NCBI GenBank assembly: GCA_965197685.1
Contig: CBDANP010000006.1
Coordinates: 345,344-409,343 of the forward strand
Direction of reading: 5' to 3'
Length of the DNA stretch: 64,000 bases
Source: Dehalococcoidia bacterium
GTDB taxonomy: Bacteria; Chloroflexota; Dehalococcoidia; Lucifugimonadales; UBA1123
The notes below the pieces were generated by a model that ran no database searches, was not told where the DNA came from, and saw nothing but the letters and a program-made list of their open reading frames with translations. This document shows, piece by piece, positions 37,954 through 48,238 of this stretch (positions within the stretch are counted from its first letter, which is position 1; each line of letters begins with the position of its first letter). The position numbers and the translations under genes were made by a program.

Positions 37954-39432
37954 ATGGCTTCTGATTCTAAAGACCAGCGGTCGCAAGCGAGGCAGGTGGG
38001 TATGCTCATGCGAGCGTACCGACTGGCATACCCCGTGGAAGGTCCGGCCAGGAGGCTCTCTCAGGAAGGCCTGCTCGAACTGATGGCCCGGGTGGACGAC
38101 GAGTACCGGCGCCGGTACAGTCACACGACCGTGGTACGCTGGGAATCGGGGGAGACGCTTCCGGACGCCGAGCGTCTGGAGGTGTTCGGCAAGGCGCTTG
38201 AACTAACCCCATCGGAAGTCGAGGGCCTCAAGAGACTGGCCAGCTTAGATATCGAAGAGTCCAGGCGAAAAGTCCAGGCGGCAGTACCGAGCGAGACTGC
38301 TGAGACATATCGCACACCCGATGACACCGCGTCCGGGGTTCGGGACGATCTTTCCTCCCATGCCAGGGAGTCGTTCAGATTCGCGCTGTCACGCTTCCTT
38401 CCGCCCGCGTCGTTCATGGCTGTCGCTGGCTGCCTCATGCTTTGGCTTGGATTGAGCGCCGCCTGGATGATGACACTGTATGTCATCGTCTCAGCCGGAG
38501 CGGTATTGTTCCAGACACTACTGAGAATGCGTACTGCGATAGAGCTCAGGGACATCATCTTCGCCTCCGTGTTCATCCTTCTCGGCACGCCCATGTTGCA
38601 GGGCCCAATTACCCACACGGAAACGTTTGGGCTCTCCACTATCGGGTTCTTTATGGACATACCGAAGGCATACCTGCTCTCCCTGATGGTCAACCTGGTC
38701 TCCGCGCTGGCTGCCAGCCTGCTGTTCGACTTCCTCCGGCGCTGGCGCTCCCAGGGACCTGATCGTAAGGGAAACGGCTATAGGCGCGCAGCTCTGATCG
38801 TGCCGCCGCCGCTGATCTTCGTATATGTGTGCAGTCACGCATCTGAAAGCCTCGGGATACTCCTGTGGGCTTCGCTCATCGCCCTCGTATATATGGTCAT
38901 CGTCACGGGGGCGCACCTGGCCTTCAGCGCCTATCGCCAGGAGAAGAGAGTCGCGGCGGGCAGAGCGGTCACCATTACCACATCGCTCGTCCTGTTGATC
39001 GGCGTCGGGGGACTGGCTCTGTCGGACAATGCGATTGTGGGAATACAACAGGACGACTTTGACGCGAGGTCTGAGGACATATGGCTTGTACCCACCACTT
39101 CTGATTCCGAGAATCCCGCCGACATAAAGACTCGATTCAGAAATCGCTCGTCCTTCTATGGACCGTACGGCGGTGATGCCACGTTCGATGTGTCGATTGT
39201 CGTTCAATCGCCAAACGGCGCCGCTGTTCGCCACCAGATGGACAATCAATCCTTTTCATACAACGAGGAGAGGGTCTTTACCACCGAGCACGCATTCGAT
39301 CAGGCAGGGATCTACACCATCCATGCGGAGATATACGATGTCGCCGGTCTTAAGGAAGAGTGGGACCCGTCGCATCGCTTTGATATTCGTTCCGAGACCT
39401 TCACCATCGCTGGGCCGAACGGTGGGTCGTAG
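37954..39432 (+). CDS. XRE-HTH membrane protein with C-terminal extracytoplasmic beta-rich domain
   Basis: HTH-like RRLSQEGLLELMARVDDEYRRRYSHTTVVRWESGETLPDAERLEVFGKAL. Several hydrophobic helices (aa ~150-400 of the long ORF). C-terminus ATFDVSIVVQSPNG...GIYTIHAEIYDVAG. Divergent from the LRR gene. The start (37954 vs 37921/37786) is uncertain. Confidence 0.6.
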   Translation: MASDSKDQRSQARQVGMLMRAYRLAYPVEGPARRLSQEGLLELMARVDDEYRRRYSHTTVVRWESGETLPDAERLEVFGKALELTPSEVEGLKRLASLDIEESRRKVQAAVPSETAETYRTPDDTASGVRDDLSSHARESFRFALSRFLPPASFMAVAGCLMLWLGLSAAWMMTLYVIVSAGAVLFQTLLRMRTAIELRDIIFASVFILLGTPMLQGPITHTETFGLSTIGFFMDIPKAYLLSLMVNLVSALAASLLFDFLRRWRSQGPDRKGNGYRRAALIVPPPLIFVYVCSHASESLGILLWASLIALVYMVIVTGAHLAFSAYRQEKRVAAGRAVTITTSLVLLIGVGGLALSDNAIVGIQQDDFDARSEDIWLVPTTSDSENPADIKTRFRNRSSFYGPYGGDATFDVSIVVQSPNGAAVRHQMDNQSFSYNEERVFTTEHAFDQAGIYTIHAEIYDVAGLKEEWDPSHRFDIRSETFTIAGPNGGS

Positions 39433-39578
39433 GACAGATCGCGCCATTCTCGGTAGTGCGCTGGCGCCATGGGCAGTAGCGACTTTATAGATTTTCGACA
39501 GATTGGATGGGTTCAGAAGCGCGAGTGATCCGCCGGGTTCGCCTACGCCTCCATCATGCAGGCCACCCAGCCATATTC

Positions 39579-40196
39579 TCACGGCACCGCCGCCAAACTC
39601 CCCGTCGGGTCCGGCACCAACTCCAGGTAAATCAGCGTCGTCTGGATGCTGCTGTGCCCCAGCCAGCGACTGAGGTAATTTATCGGGACCCCGTGCATGA
39701 GCAGGTGCCGAGCGTAGCTGTGGCGAAGCGTATGGGTCCCGACTCTCCGGCCGGGAGCGATGGCGCCGAGCCCCTCCGCCCGCTCCACCGCCGCCTGCAC
39801 CCACCGCCAGGCCGTGGACCTGTGCGCCTCGATGAGGCGTCCCTCCGCGACATTCCCGTAGGACAGCGCCATCCTGAACGCCGCGGCCAGCTCCGGGTGG
39901 ACCGGCACGACCCTGGCCTTCCTGCCCTTGCCGGAGCGCACCCTGATCGTGGGCAGGTCCGAGTCCAGGGATAGGTCGGACACGTCGAGCGCCAGCGCCT
40001 CGGACACGCGAAGGCCGGCGCGCCACTGCGTGAGCATGAGGAGCTTCGCCCTGGGGTCCTCCGTGGCCCTGATTACGGCGTCCACCTCATCGACCTCGAG
40101 GTACTCGGGGAGTCGCCGCGGCTGCGTCTCCCCGTCGGTTCTTTTGGGGTGCAGCCCGCGCGGTCTGCGCCGGCGGGCGACGGCCTGTGTGGTCAT
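39579..40196 (-). CDS. Short tyrosine recombinase (catalytic domain only)
   Basis: Catalytic landmarks: R in AGLRVSEALAL, HxxR in THTLRHSYARHLL, H/Y in LGHSSIQTTLIYLEL. At 205 aa it has no N-terminal core-binding domain. Confidence 0.8.
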   Translation of the reverse strand: MTTQAVARRRRPRGLHPKRTDGETQPRRLPEYLEVDEVDAVIRATEDPRAKLLMLTQWRAGLRVSEALALDVSDLSLDSDLPTIRVRSGKGRKARVVPVHPELAAAFRMALSYGNVAEGRLIEAHRSTAWRWVQAAVERAEGLGAIAPGRRVGTHTLRHSYARHLLMHGVPINYLSRWLGHSSIQTTLIYLELVPDPTGSLAAVP

Positions 40197-40347
40197 TCGG
40201 AATAGCCCTCGTTTCAGCGCAACTGTCTATCCGAGACATTGTTGCATATCCGGGCCAGGTTGACGAGTTTAAGGGGAGGGCTCAGCTAGGGAGAGGCGGG
40301 CCGGATGCAACAAAAGATAACATTATGTCCTACTCTGTTGTCCTTGC

Positions 40348-41433
40348 TCATCGCCGCCGTCGTTTCTTCAGTATATCGCCGTACCGCCACAGGAATAGAT
40401 CAAGTTTCTTCATGTCTGTGAAATGGGCGAAGCTTGGAAACGTGCGGTCGAATTCATCGCGCAAGTCTAAGAAGCACGGTAGGTGGATTAATCTCTCAGT
40501 CTCATTCCTTAAGAGATCGTAAATCCTCATAGCTTCCCGGTATCTGCCGTCGAGCTGCTTCTTGTGTTGGCGTCTCGGCAGGCCCAAGGACATTCGCACG
40601 TTTTCATCATAGGGCGGGCGATGCGGATCAATGGTCGCAACGAGCTTCGAGCAGAATGACAACTCTACCCTGCTGCTGAGATCACCATCATGCATCCTGG
40701 CCAAGACATCCGACAGGCTCACGTCCTTGTTGCGTTTCTCCCTTTCGAGAATCGCGAAGTACGCTGTCTTCCAATCGCTGGCTCGTCTCTTTATCTGATA
40801 GTAGTCGCTGAATTTATATTGATATGCGCTGTCCTCTGCAACATTCGTCTTGTGTAGCGACCGTTGTAGGTAGTCATATTGGTCAATCCGATGCCGTATC
40901 GCTTTCAGATTCTGAAATAAAGCCTCTCGGTCCGCGGTCATATTGGCTAGTATCGTAGCGTGGCTCCTAATCGTCTCGTATCCCGACGTGTCAGGCTCCA
41001 AGACGTTTGGCGATGTCAGGGAGACTTCATCCATCCACAGCCCGCCCACGACATCTTTTATTCTGGATAGGCTCGCTCCTGCATACTCAGTTGCTTCGTA
41101 ACGCTGAACCTGCTGTTCCTTGAGGCCAATTCTATTGGCCAGGTCTCGCTGAGTCATTCCCCTCGCTATCCGCGCCTTGATGAGCGTTTCGGGCAGACTG
41201 ATTACGATCATGAGCTCGCCCCAATCGAACTTCCCTGCCTTCAGGTCTTCATACTCCTTAAGGTCAGCCCGCAATTCCAACAGTTGGCTTCTCGTCGCGT
41301 CCTGGCGAGCCTTGGCTATAAGGGGATGAATATCACTGTCCTCACTGTCACCGTCTCCGAACTCGGACAGCATCTGTTGAAGGCGCTCCACCATGGACTT
41401 TGTGGTCCAGTACTGCCGTTCATTCTTTATCAT
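40348..41433 (-). CDS. XRE-HTH antitoxin-like protein with ~220-aa C-terminal domain of unknown function
   Basis: First ~135 aa are paralogous to 449..865 (MIKNERQYWTTKSMVERLQQML..., ARIARGMTQRDLANRIGLKEQQVQRYE). C-terminal extension (…ELSFCSKLVATIDPHRPPYDENVRMSLGL…) is unassigned. ATGA overlap with 41430..41870. Confidence 0.7.
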   Translation of the reverse strand: MIKNERQYWTTKSMVERLQQMLSEFGDGDSEDSDIHPLIAKARQDATRSQLLELRADLKEYEDLKAGKFDWGELMIVISLPETLIKARIARGMTQRDLANRIGLKEQQVQRYEATEYAGASLSRIKDVVGGLWMDEVSLTSPNVLEPDTSGYETIRSHATILANMTADREALFQNLKAIRHRIDQYDYLQRSLHKTNVAEDSAYQYKFSDYYQIKRRASDWKTAYFAILEREKRNKDVSLSDVLARMHDGDLSSRVELSFCSKLVATIDPHRPPYDENVRMSLGLPRRQHKKQLDGRYREAMRIYDLLRNETERLIHLPCFLDLRDEFDRTFPSFAHFTDMKKLDLFLWRYGDILKKRRRR

Positions 41434-41870
41434 GTCAACCTCCCCAGATCGATTGCTACGATTCCCTTCGGCGTATTGCCATCCATATCACTTTGGAAGA
41501 ATTCAAGATATGTCTGGCCGTCCGCATCGGCAATGGCCCCTGCGGGGAACAGTTCTCCGAGGTATTTCGCCTTCTGCATCGCCCTTCCATGGTCGAATAT
41601 CAGGAGAACAGGATCCAGGGCCAGTGGATTGACTCCGATCTCCTCCCAGCAGGCGTCGTAATCATTAGGGTACGCTTTTTCCGTGACGAAGCTGCCATTC
41701 ACATAGGCCGTCAGGCAGCCTGCGTTCTTCAAGTTCTCCAGAGCGGCCCTGAGTCCGACGAGAAGCAGTCCTCTCCAGGGATTGTATCCGAACCTATTGT
41801 TCAACTCGTTCCAACTAGCCCGGTGAACACCCGGCGGAAGTAGGCCATCTTCATCGAATTCTGGTATCAT
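41430..41870 (-). CDS. Minimal nucleotidyltransferase-fold (MNT-like) protein, intact copy
   Basis: NGSFVTEKAYPNDYD (GS-x9-DxD). Paralog of 13..452. Confidence 0.7.
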   Translation of the reverse strand: MIPEFDEDGLLPPGVHRASWNELNNRFGYNPWRGLLLVGLRAALENLKNAGCLTAYVNGSFVTEKAYPNDYDACWEEIGVNPLALDPVLLIFDHGRAMQKAKYLGELFPAGAIADADGQTYLEFFQSDMDGNTPKGIVAIDLGRLT

Positions 41871-44721
41871 AATACAATGATAGCGTTGTGAAATTCCAAG
41901 TTCAATAGTATCGCCGTAGTAGTTGGATATGGAGCTACAGGCCGCTTAATCCTGTGGACCAATTATTGATTGGAGTTAGACTGGCGGCACGCATGGAGTT
42001 CGGTATGGATATGCCAACCAAGGCCTATACCGGGTGGAGAATCTGAGAAACTCGGAAGTCGCTATGAGAGCATAAGGGTAGTGGATGTTGCACCTGACCT
42101 TATCGACGATGAATATGTCGTCCTCTTTGTGGAGCCGTTGGCAGATGAGGCTACGGGTGTCGAGTTCTATCGAACCAACGGATCGGACACTCGGGGACAC
42201 CACTCGATTATCCGGGCAGCAGGTTGAGGGCAACTGGACAATTGGCTGCCGCACAAAGTATGACCCCGCCACTGGCGGAAGTATCCCAGGAGATCTGATC
42301 CCAGAAGTCCCAAGGCGGTGCGGTTGGAGCATTCAGTTCCAGGATCTGCAACCACTATATGCATCGGGAAGCCAATGCATCAGTGACGTGGAGTAAAGTC
42401 TAGTGACAGGACACAGACTTACGAGATCAGCCACAAGACGGTCTGGCGACGCCTACCAGGACCTGGTAGCGGCAGAAGTCATACTGGAGTTTCTAAGGCA
42501 CCCTTCGCGATACGAATGGGTTAAGTTAGAGGTTCGTGAAGCAGGCAAACTGGACGATGTACTCGCACTACGCAGAGATGGCGTTGTTGAAGCCACTCAG
42601 GTCAAATATTCGACGGACGCAATGCGACCGGGGGATCCGTGGACTTGGGAAAACTTCCTAGAGCCGTCTAATGGCGGAACGTCTTGGCTTCAAGATTGGT
42701 GTCATTCAGTAAAGCGATTGGACGCTATCTACGGTGGAACAGAGCCGAGACTGGTCTCGAATCGACGTCGTGGGGACGGCTTGTACCTCAATCCGGATAA
42801 TACAATCGACATCGAAGCGACTGACGAAAGTACAATCTCTGAGATACACCTGCAGCTCAGGGACGCTGCAACGGACTTTCTCACACGTTTCCGCTTTGAA
42901 GTTGATCAACAGGATTTGGTGGATCTGGAAGATCGACTGCGCTATCAATTTGAGCAACTAGGCGTTTCTGAATATGGCTGGCTGGCTCTGAAGGAATTCA
43001 TCGAGTCGCAGGTTCTACGTCCTGGGCCATCCGGAAGTGTTGAAATACGGCTTCCCGAGATCCAGTCTGCGTGCCGCTGGCGTAGGCTGAAACCGCTTCC
43101 ACAGAACGTGGAAGTTCCGGACGACTATACATTACCTCCGGACTTTCACGAGGATTTTCTCCAGCTAGTTGACCAGAGTAGCGGTTCGGCCGTCGTTCTA
43201 ACGGCAGGGCCAGGTATCGGCAAGAGCACATATCTAAGCTACTTGGTCCAGGAATTGGAAGAAGACGGACGGCCTGTGATACGGCATCACTATGCATTGA
43301 ATTCTTCCAGTCATGGGTCGGAGAGGTTAGATGCACGTCGTGTAGCCGAGTCTCTAATGGCGGACATCAGCGCCAAGCTAGGATCGGTTCTCGGAGAACT
43401 CGCCACTCAGAATCCAGACCCAGGTGCCATCAGTTCTTGGATTAGTAAAGTCGGCAGTCGCCTTCAAGGGGATGACCGTCATCTCGTCGTTGTGATTGAT
43501 GGGCTTGACCACGTATGGCGGGAGGAAGAGTCTCGTGATGAACTGAATAGGCTATTTAACTGGCTGATTCCCGTACCCGAAGGCGTTGTCCTGGTTGTTG
43601 GTACTCAACCGGTCTCGGATAGCCAGCTGCCGTTGCGACTAATTGAAGTTGCACCGAGAGATGAATGGACTGAACTTCCGAATCTGGACGCGCAAGCCAT
43701 AAATGAATGGCTTATTCATTACAGGAACCTTTTCCCATCTGAGTGGCAATCGGTCAACGAGGCCTGGCATCGTTCACAATTGGCCAATTCACTCCACTCT
43801 AGGACAGCCGGCCATCCACTTCTGCTTCGCTATTCGGTTGAGAGAATCGCGCACCAGGGAGAACTCCTCACAGTTCATTCGATAGAGGCTATACCCGAGC
43901 CCCCCGCAAATACTGTTGAAGACTACTACCGGGCACTTTGGGTGAGCCTGGCACCTGGAGCAAGAGATGTAGTCTTCCTGCTTGCTGTTGCCAAGTTTCC
44001 ATGGCCTGGCGACTCCCTCTATGAGTGTCTACAGCTAGTGGGTTATGGGAGAGAGAGTGCTTTGGAGGGTGTGGATGCCATACGTCATCTCCTCGGATTT
44101 GACGCGTTGGGAGCTAGAGCTTTTCACAGCAGCCTACTAATGTTTGCGACACTGCAATCTGAATTCCAAGAGCGTGCGGCAACTTTACGGACGCCGATCA
44201 TCGAGTGGCTAAATGGCCAAGCTCCTGAATATTGGCGTAGGTCGCATTTGTGGCTCCTGCAACAGGAAGGTGGGGATACCGAACCACTATTGTCCGGCTC
44301 CGACCGCCAGTGGACCGTTCAGGCGCTCGCAGAGGGACATCCTGTAAACGAGACAGCACTGATCTTGCAGTCGGCTGCATGGCAGGCATTAGAGGTGTGC
44401 GACTTCCGTGCCTACGTGGACCGCGGCATCCTGTCGGATGTCTTATCTGCCACCGACATTCAGGATGAGACACTACGTTGGATGTTCGCTACTCAACTGC
44501 ACCTATCCACAGACGATTTTCTGGAGCCTCGTGCACTTTCTGCCACCGAGGAGTTACCGGACTTACAAGTCCTCGAATTGGGACTTCATCTTCTCCGGCA
44601 AGGCCAGCCTGATAAGGCCGCTAAGTGCCTAACAGAAATGAACCGCAGGATCAGGCGACAAGTAGGTGATCATCCCTGGCAGAGCGATCCAGTTTATCGC
44701 CGTGCGGTCGTTGCGGAGTTA

Positions 44722-45893
44722 TACCATTCCAGGCTGATGTTGGCGTGAAGGAACTGGGAGGAATCTGATACTTCATCTATGCTCAAGCCAGTTCAGACGT
44801 TGGAGGGCAGCAGATGATTGGACGCCCGTTCAGAATGGAATGGCATGAAGAAGATACACCAGCAGCGCTGAAAAGGACTTACCTGTCCCAGAGAGAGATG
44901 TGAGTATTCGTACCCGACTGCACGTACTGTGGCTGATACGCTGCGACTGGCAGATCAAAGCGGCGGCAGAGGCTGTGGGAGTTCACTATCGCAGCGCCCA
45001 GAGATGGGTGGAGTGGTACAGAGAAGGCGGCCTCAACGAAGTTGTGTCCCGCAAGATGGGAGGCGTGGGTCAGCCGCGTTATCTGAACTCAGAACAGGAA
45101 CGCAAGCTGGAGGAGGAGGTTGGTGGAGGATGGTTCAGAACCGCCGGAGAGATCGCGGACTGGGTGGAGTCGGAGTATGGAGTGAGATTCAAAGGGAACA
45201 GCATATATAGTTTGCTGCAGCGGCTGGGATGTTCACCGAAGGTTCCCAGACCCAGACATGAGAAGGCGAACATGAAGGCTCAGAAGTCCTGGAAAAAGGG
45301 GGGCTCGGGAGTTCCCTTCGGAGAGCGGGAGTGAGTTCGGGAATGCTGATTGGGTTTGCCGACGAGATGAGAGTGGGGCTTCGTGGTATGATGCGCCGGG
45401 TGTGGGGAGTTCGTGGGGTGAAGGTGGTACAGCGATTGCAGTTGGTGTATGAGTGGAAGTACCTGTTCTTGGTGGTGGACTTTATGCGTGGCAAGCTGGA
45501 GTGGGCGTGGATGGACTCGATGAAGTCTGAGACTGTGGCGCGCGCGGTGTTGAGTGTTAGGCGATACAGGGAAGTGAGAGCGCTGGTGTGGGACGGAGCG
45601 CGGAGCCATCGCAGCGAGTTGGTGAAGAGTATAGCTGGGGTGAAGACGATAGTTCAGCCTCCGTACAGTCCTGAGTTGAATCCTGCCGAGCGGGTGTTCG
45701 AGGAGGTTCGGAGGTGGGTAGAGGGCCGGGTATATGGGAGCATAGAGGAGAAGGTAGCGGCGGTGAACGCCTGTCTGAGCAGGTTGGAATCTGATCCCGA
45801 ACGAGTGAAGTCTCTTGTGGGTTGGGAGTGGATCAAGCGGAACGTTCAGGGGCTGCCCGAACACTATGCGGCTTCTTCAAGCTGAAATGGTAT
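44722..45893 (+). mobile_element. IS630-family insertion sequence (boundaries +/-2 nt)
   Basis: Terminal repeats TACCATTCCAGGCTGA / TCAAGCTGAAATGGTA. Flanking TTA/TA on both sides, consistent with TA-targeting Tc1/IS630 elements. Confidence 0.75.
44814..45885 (+). pseudogene. IS630-family transposase in three frames
   Basis: MIGRPFRMEWHEEDTPAALKRTYLSQRE (stop in an agagagaga run), then the HTH part (ORF 44900..45334), then the DDE part (ORF 45331..45885: IGFADEM...LFLVVD...VWDGARSHRS...PPYSPELNPAERVFEE). The second shift is -1 at AAAAAGGGGGG (45293..45303). Confidence 0.75.
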
Positions 45894-48238
45894 TAGCTGG
45901 CGCGATAGGCGCAAGACCTGAAGGCATCGCCAGATTTCTCGACAATTTCACTTCGGAGAGTGTACAGGCTTCAATTTCAGAGAACTTGGTTGCTGGTTGG
46001 CGACACTCCCACGACGTGCGATCTGCTATCAAGACCTTGCTATATTCTACTAGTGCTCAAGTAAGAAGGCGTCTATCGCGCCATGTAGTTGTTCTGGCCG
46101 CGGGCGAAGGGATGCAGCTGCCATCTGCTGACCTGGAACAACTGACGGACCTCTATTCTTCGGTTTATAAGGTACTTTACGCTCCACAGACTGACACTTC
46201 GACACTTGAGGAACCTTCCCTGCTGGAGGATCGATCCAATTACAGCGTCAGCGACATGCCCAGCACCGTTGGTCAGTACGTTCACGACTTATTCTTTTTC
46301 CTCCTCATTCGCGAACTACGGTGTCCGGGTTCAGTGGAACATTGGCTCTCTCCAACAGGTATTAGTGGGTGGCTGTCCATTGCTATCACGAGACTTGCAG
46401 AGGGAGCAATTGAAATTGCCAGTGCTTGGCGTAACGACCGTGAATTTCCTGTGGCAAAGTTGTACAACGTCACCTCGGGCTTGGATAGACCCCATTGGAT
46501 GGAAGACATGGAGGAGGGCCACCGCGCCGAGGGTTTTCAAATTGCCTTGCGCACAATTACGGAGGATCTTCTCGTATTGCGAGGAGCCGGGGAGGGACAT
46601 TCGGAGTTGAGCTGGACAGAGGTGGAAACAATTGCTGCACATCGATTCGCGAGCTTTGGAGAAATCTTGCGGTGGAACGCAGATGGCTCGTTGCCGGTCA
46701 CTCGTGACGGTATCGAAAGCCTCTGCTCATCACTGGAGGAGGAACTCTCCCACACGATTGAGTCGTTTGGTGCTCGCGCTGAAACATTCGCCCTGTTAGC
46801 CATTGTTTGCGCCCGTAACGGACTGAATGATAAGGCAAAGTCTTACCTTTACAAGGCAGCCGAAAACTTAATGGGTTACGGCTATCATAAGGATTCATTA
46901 CTAGAAACGGCTTTGGATACTGTTGAGATAATTGCCGGACACCGCGAGGTGACACCAGACACTTGGTTCAGACTGGCACCAGCAATCGCCGCGATTAATG
47001 AATTCACAGATGGAGACCACACCAGCCATCTTCCCTCACGATTGGGAAGATCGCTACTGGGAATCGAACCAGCCCTCGCTGTTAACTACCTCAAAGAATT
47101 GATGGACTCCGAACAGTACGGTCATGTCGAGAGTATTTTGAATGTTCTGGCGCGCGATGGCGATCTGGAAGATCCAGTGGTCAAGGCTCTCGTAAGCACG
47201 TGCATCAGTCCAGACTCCATCAGGATCATAGAAGAACGTGCCAACAATTCGGACCAATCTGCGAGGGAAATGCTTGATCTCCCGCCCGGATTCTCCTCTA
47301 CATACAGCAGGAGGGAATCAGACTCTTCGGGAACTAGTGGTTTCTTTCCCGGCGACTCAGATGCAATGAGTGAGTTTGCAGGACCTGAGTGGCATTTAGA
47401 GTTCCCTCCTGAGCGATTCCACGAACTTGTGAACAACGACGCTCTATCAACTCCAACCAAGCGGTCCGATGTCTTGTCTATTTGGTTATGTCGCTGGCTG
47501 GAAACGGCTCTTGCGTGCGACGCACTAGACATTGCAGAGTCGCACTTTATGGAAGATGGCCGTTTGGAAGTCAGTAATCAAATGGTCAACGCCGTGCAGA
47601 GCGTATCCGGTCGCAGTCGAAGTTACGCATGGATTGTGCGATCTCAGCAGTCCAAGAACGGATGGTGGGAGAACTGGGAGGACTTTGAAGAAGTAACATG
47701 GCGTTGGGAGTGGATGAAGGATAATTTCCCTGACAGATGGCACTGTTTCCTGATAGCGTCCAGCCGGCCTCGCCGAGGGCTATCACCTGCGTTTGGTATG
47801 ACTTTTGTGCATTTGGTTCGCTATCTGGTTTACTTCGAGCGCTTCGAATACGCACATGCGGCGACTATCCAATTGACCGAGACGGTATCCGATCTAGTTT
47901 CCGGCCAAGACCTTCCTGTTCCATACTGGATAGGAGAGGGAGGGGGTTGACGCATGATCGAGACACTGGTTGACCGGTTGCGTTGGCCAGCTGCAATGGT
48001 TCGGGAACGCGCAGCCTCGCAGATTGGGTATCTTATAGCCAGTGGTCATGCCGAAGCTCGTGAATCTTTGACTGACTGGGTATCTCGCCAAGAATTGGAG
48101 AGTCTAGCTGCGATTGGCCTCCTTCCCTTCTTGTACGCAGCTACGAGGAGTGGAACTACGATACCCACCGCATCCGAATTGGGATCGGTGTGTAACGCTG
48201 GATCGGTGCTGTCAGAGATGTTTCTGAAGGAGTTCGAC

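Larger units (their letters stand above)
42403..47950 (+). pseudogene. Avs/AVAST-like STAND NTPase with N-terminal Cap4/DUF4297-type nuclease domain, interrupted by an IS630-family element
   Basis: N-terminus GDAYQDLVAAEVILEFL...WVKLEV...LDDVLALRRDGVVEATQVKYS (DUF4297 pattern). Walker A LTAGPGIGKST, Walker B HLVVVIDGLDH. Long helical C-terminus. Removing 44722..45895 fuses ...AVVAEL to AGAIGARPEGIARFLDNF... in frame (1457 codons). Confidence 0.65.

Noticed and set aside
39256-40026. 256-aa ORF overlapping the tyrosine recombinase gene on the same strand.
   Set aside because: It is an alternative frame of the recombinase gene with Gly/Ala/Arg low-complexity translation. The recombinase frame carries the catalytic R/HxxR/Y landmarks.
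40197-40347. Possible tRNA or att site next to the recombinase.
   Set aside because: Only an imperfect palindrome (GTTGCATATCCGGGCC ... GGGCCGGATGCAAC) is present. No cloverleaf-compatible sequence or T-loop motif was found by eye.
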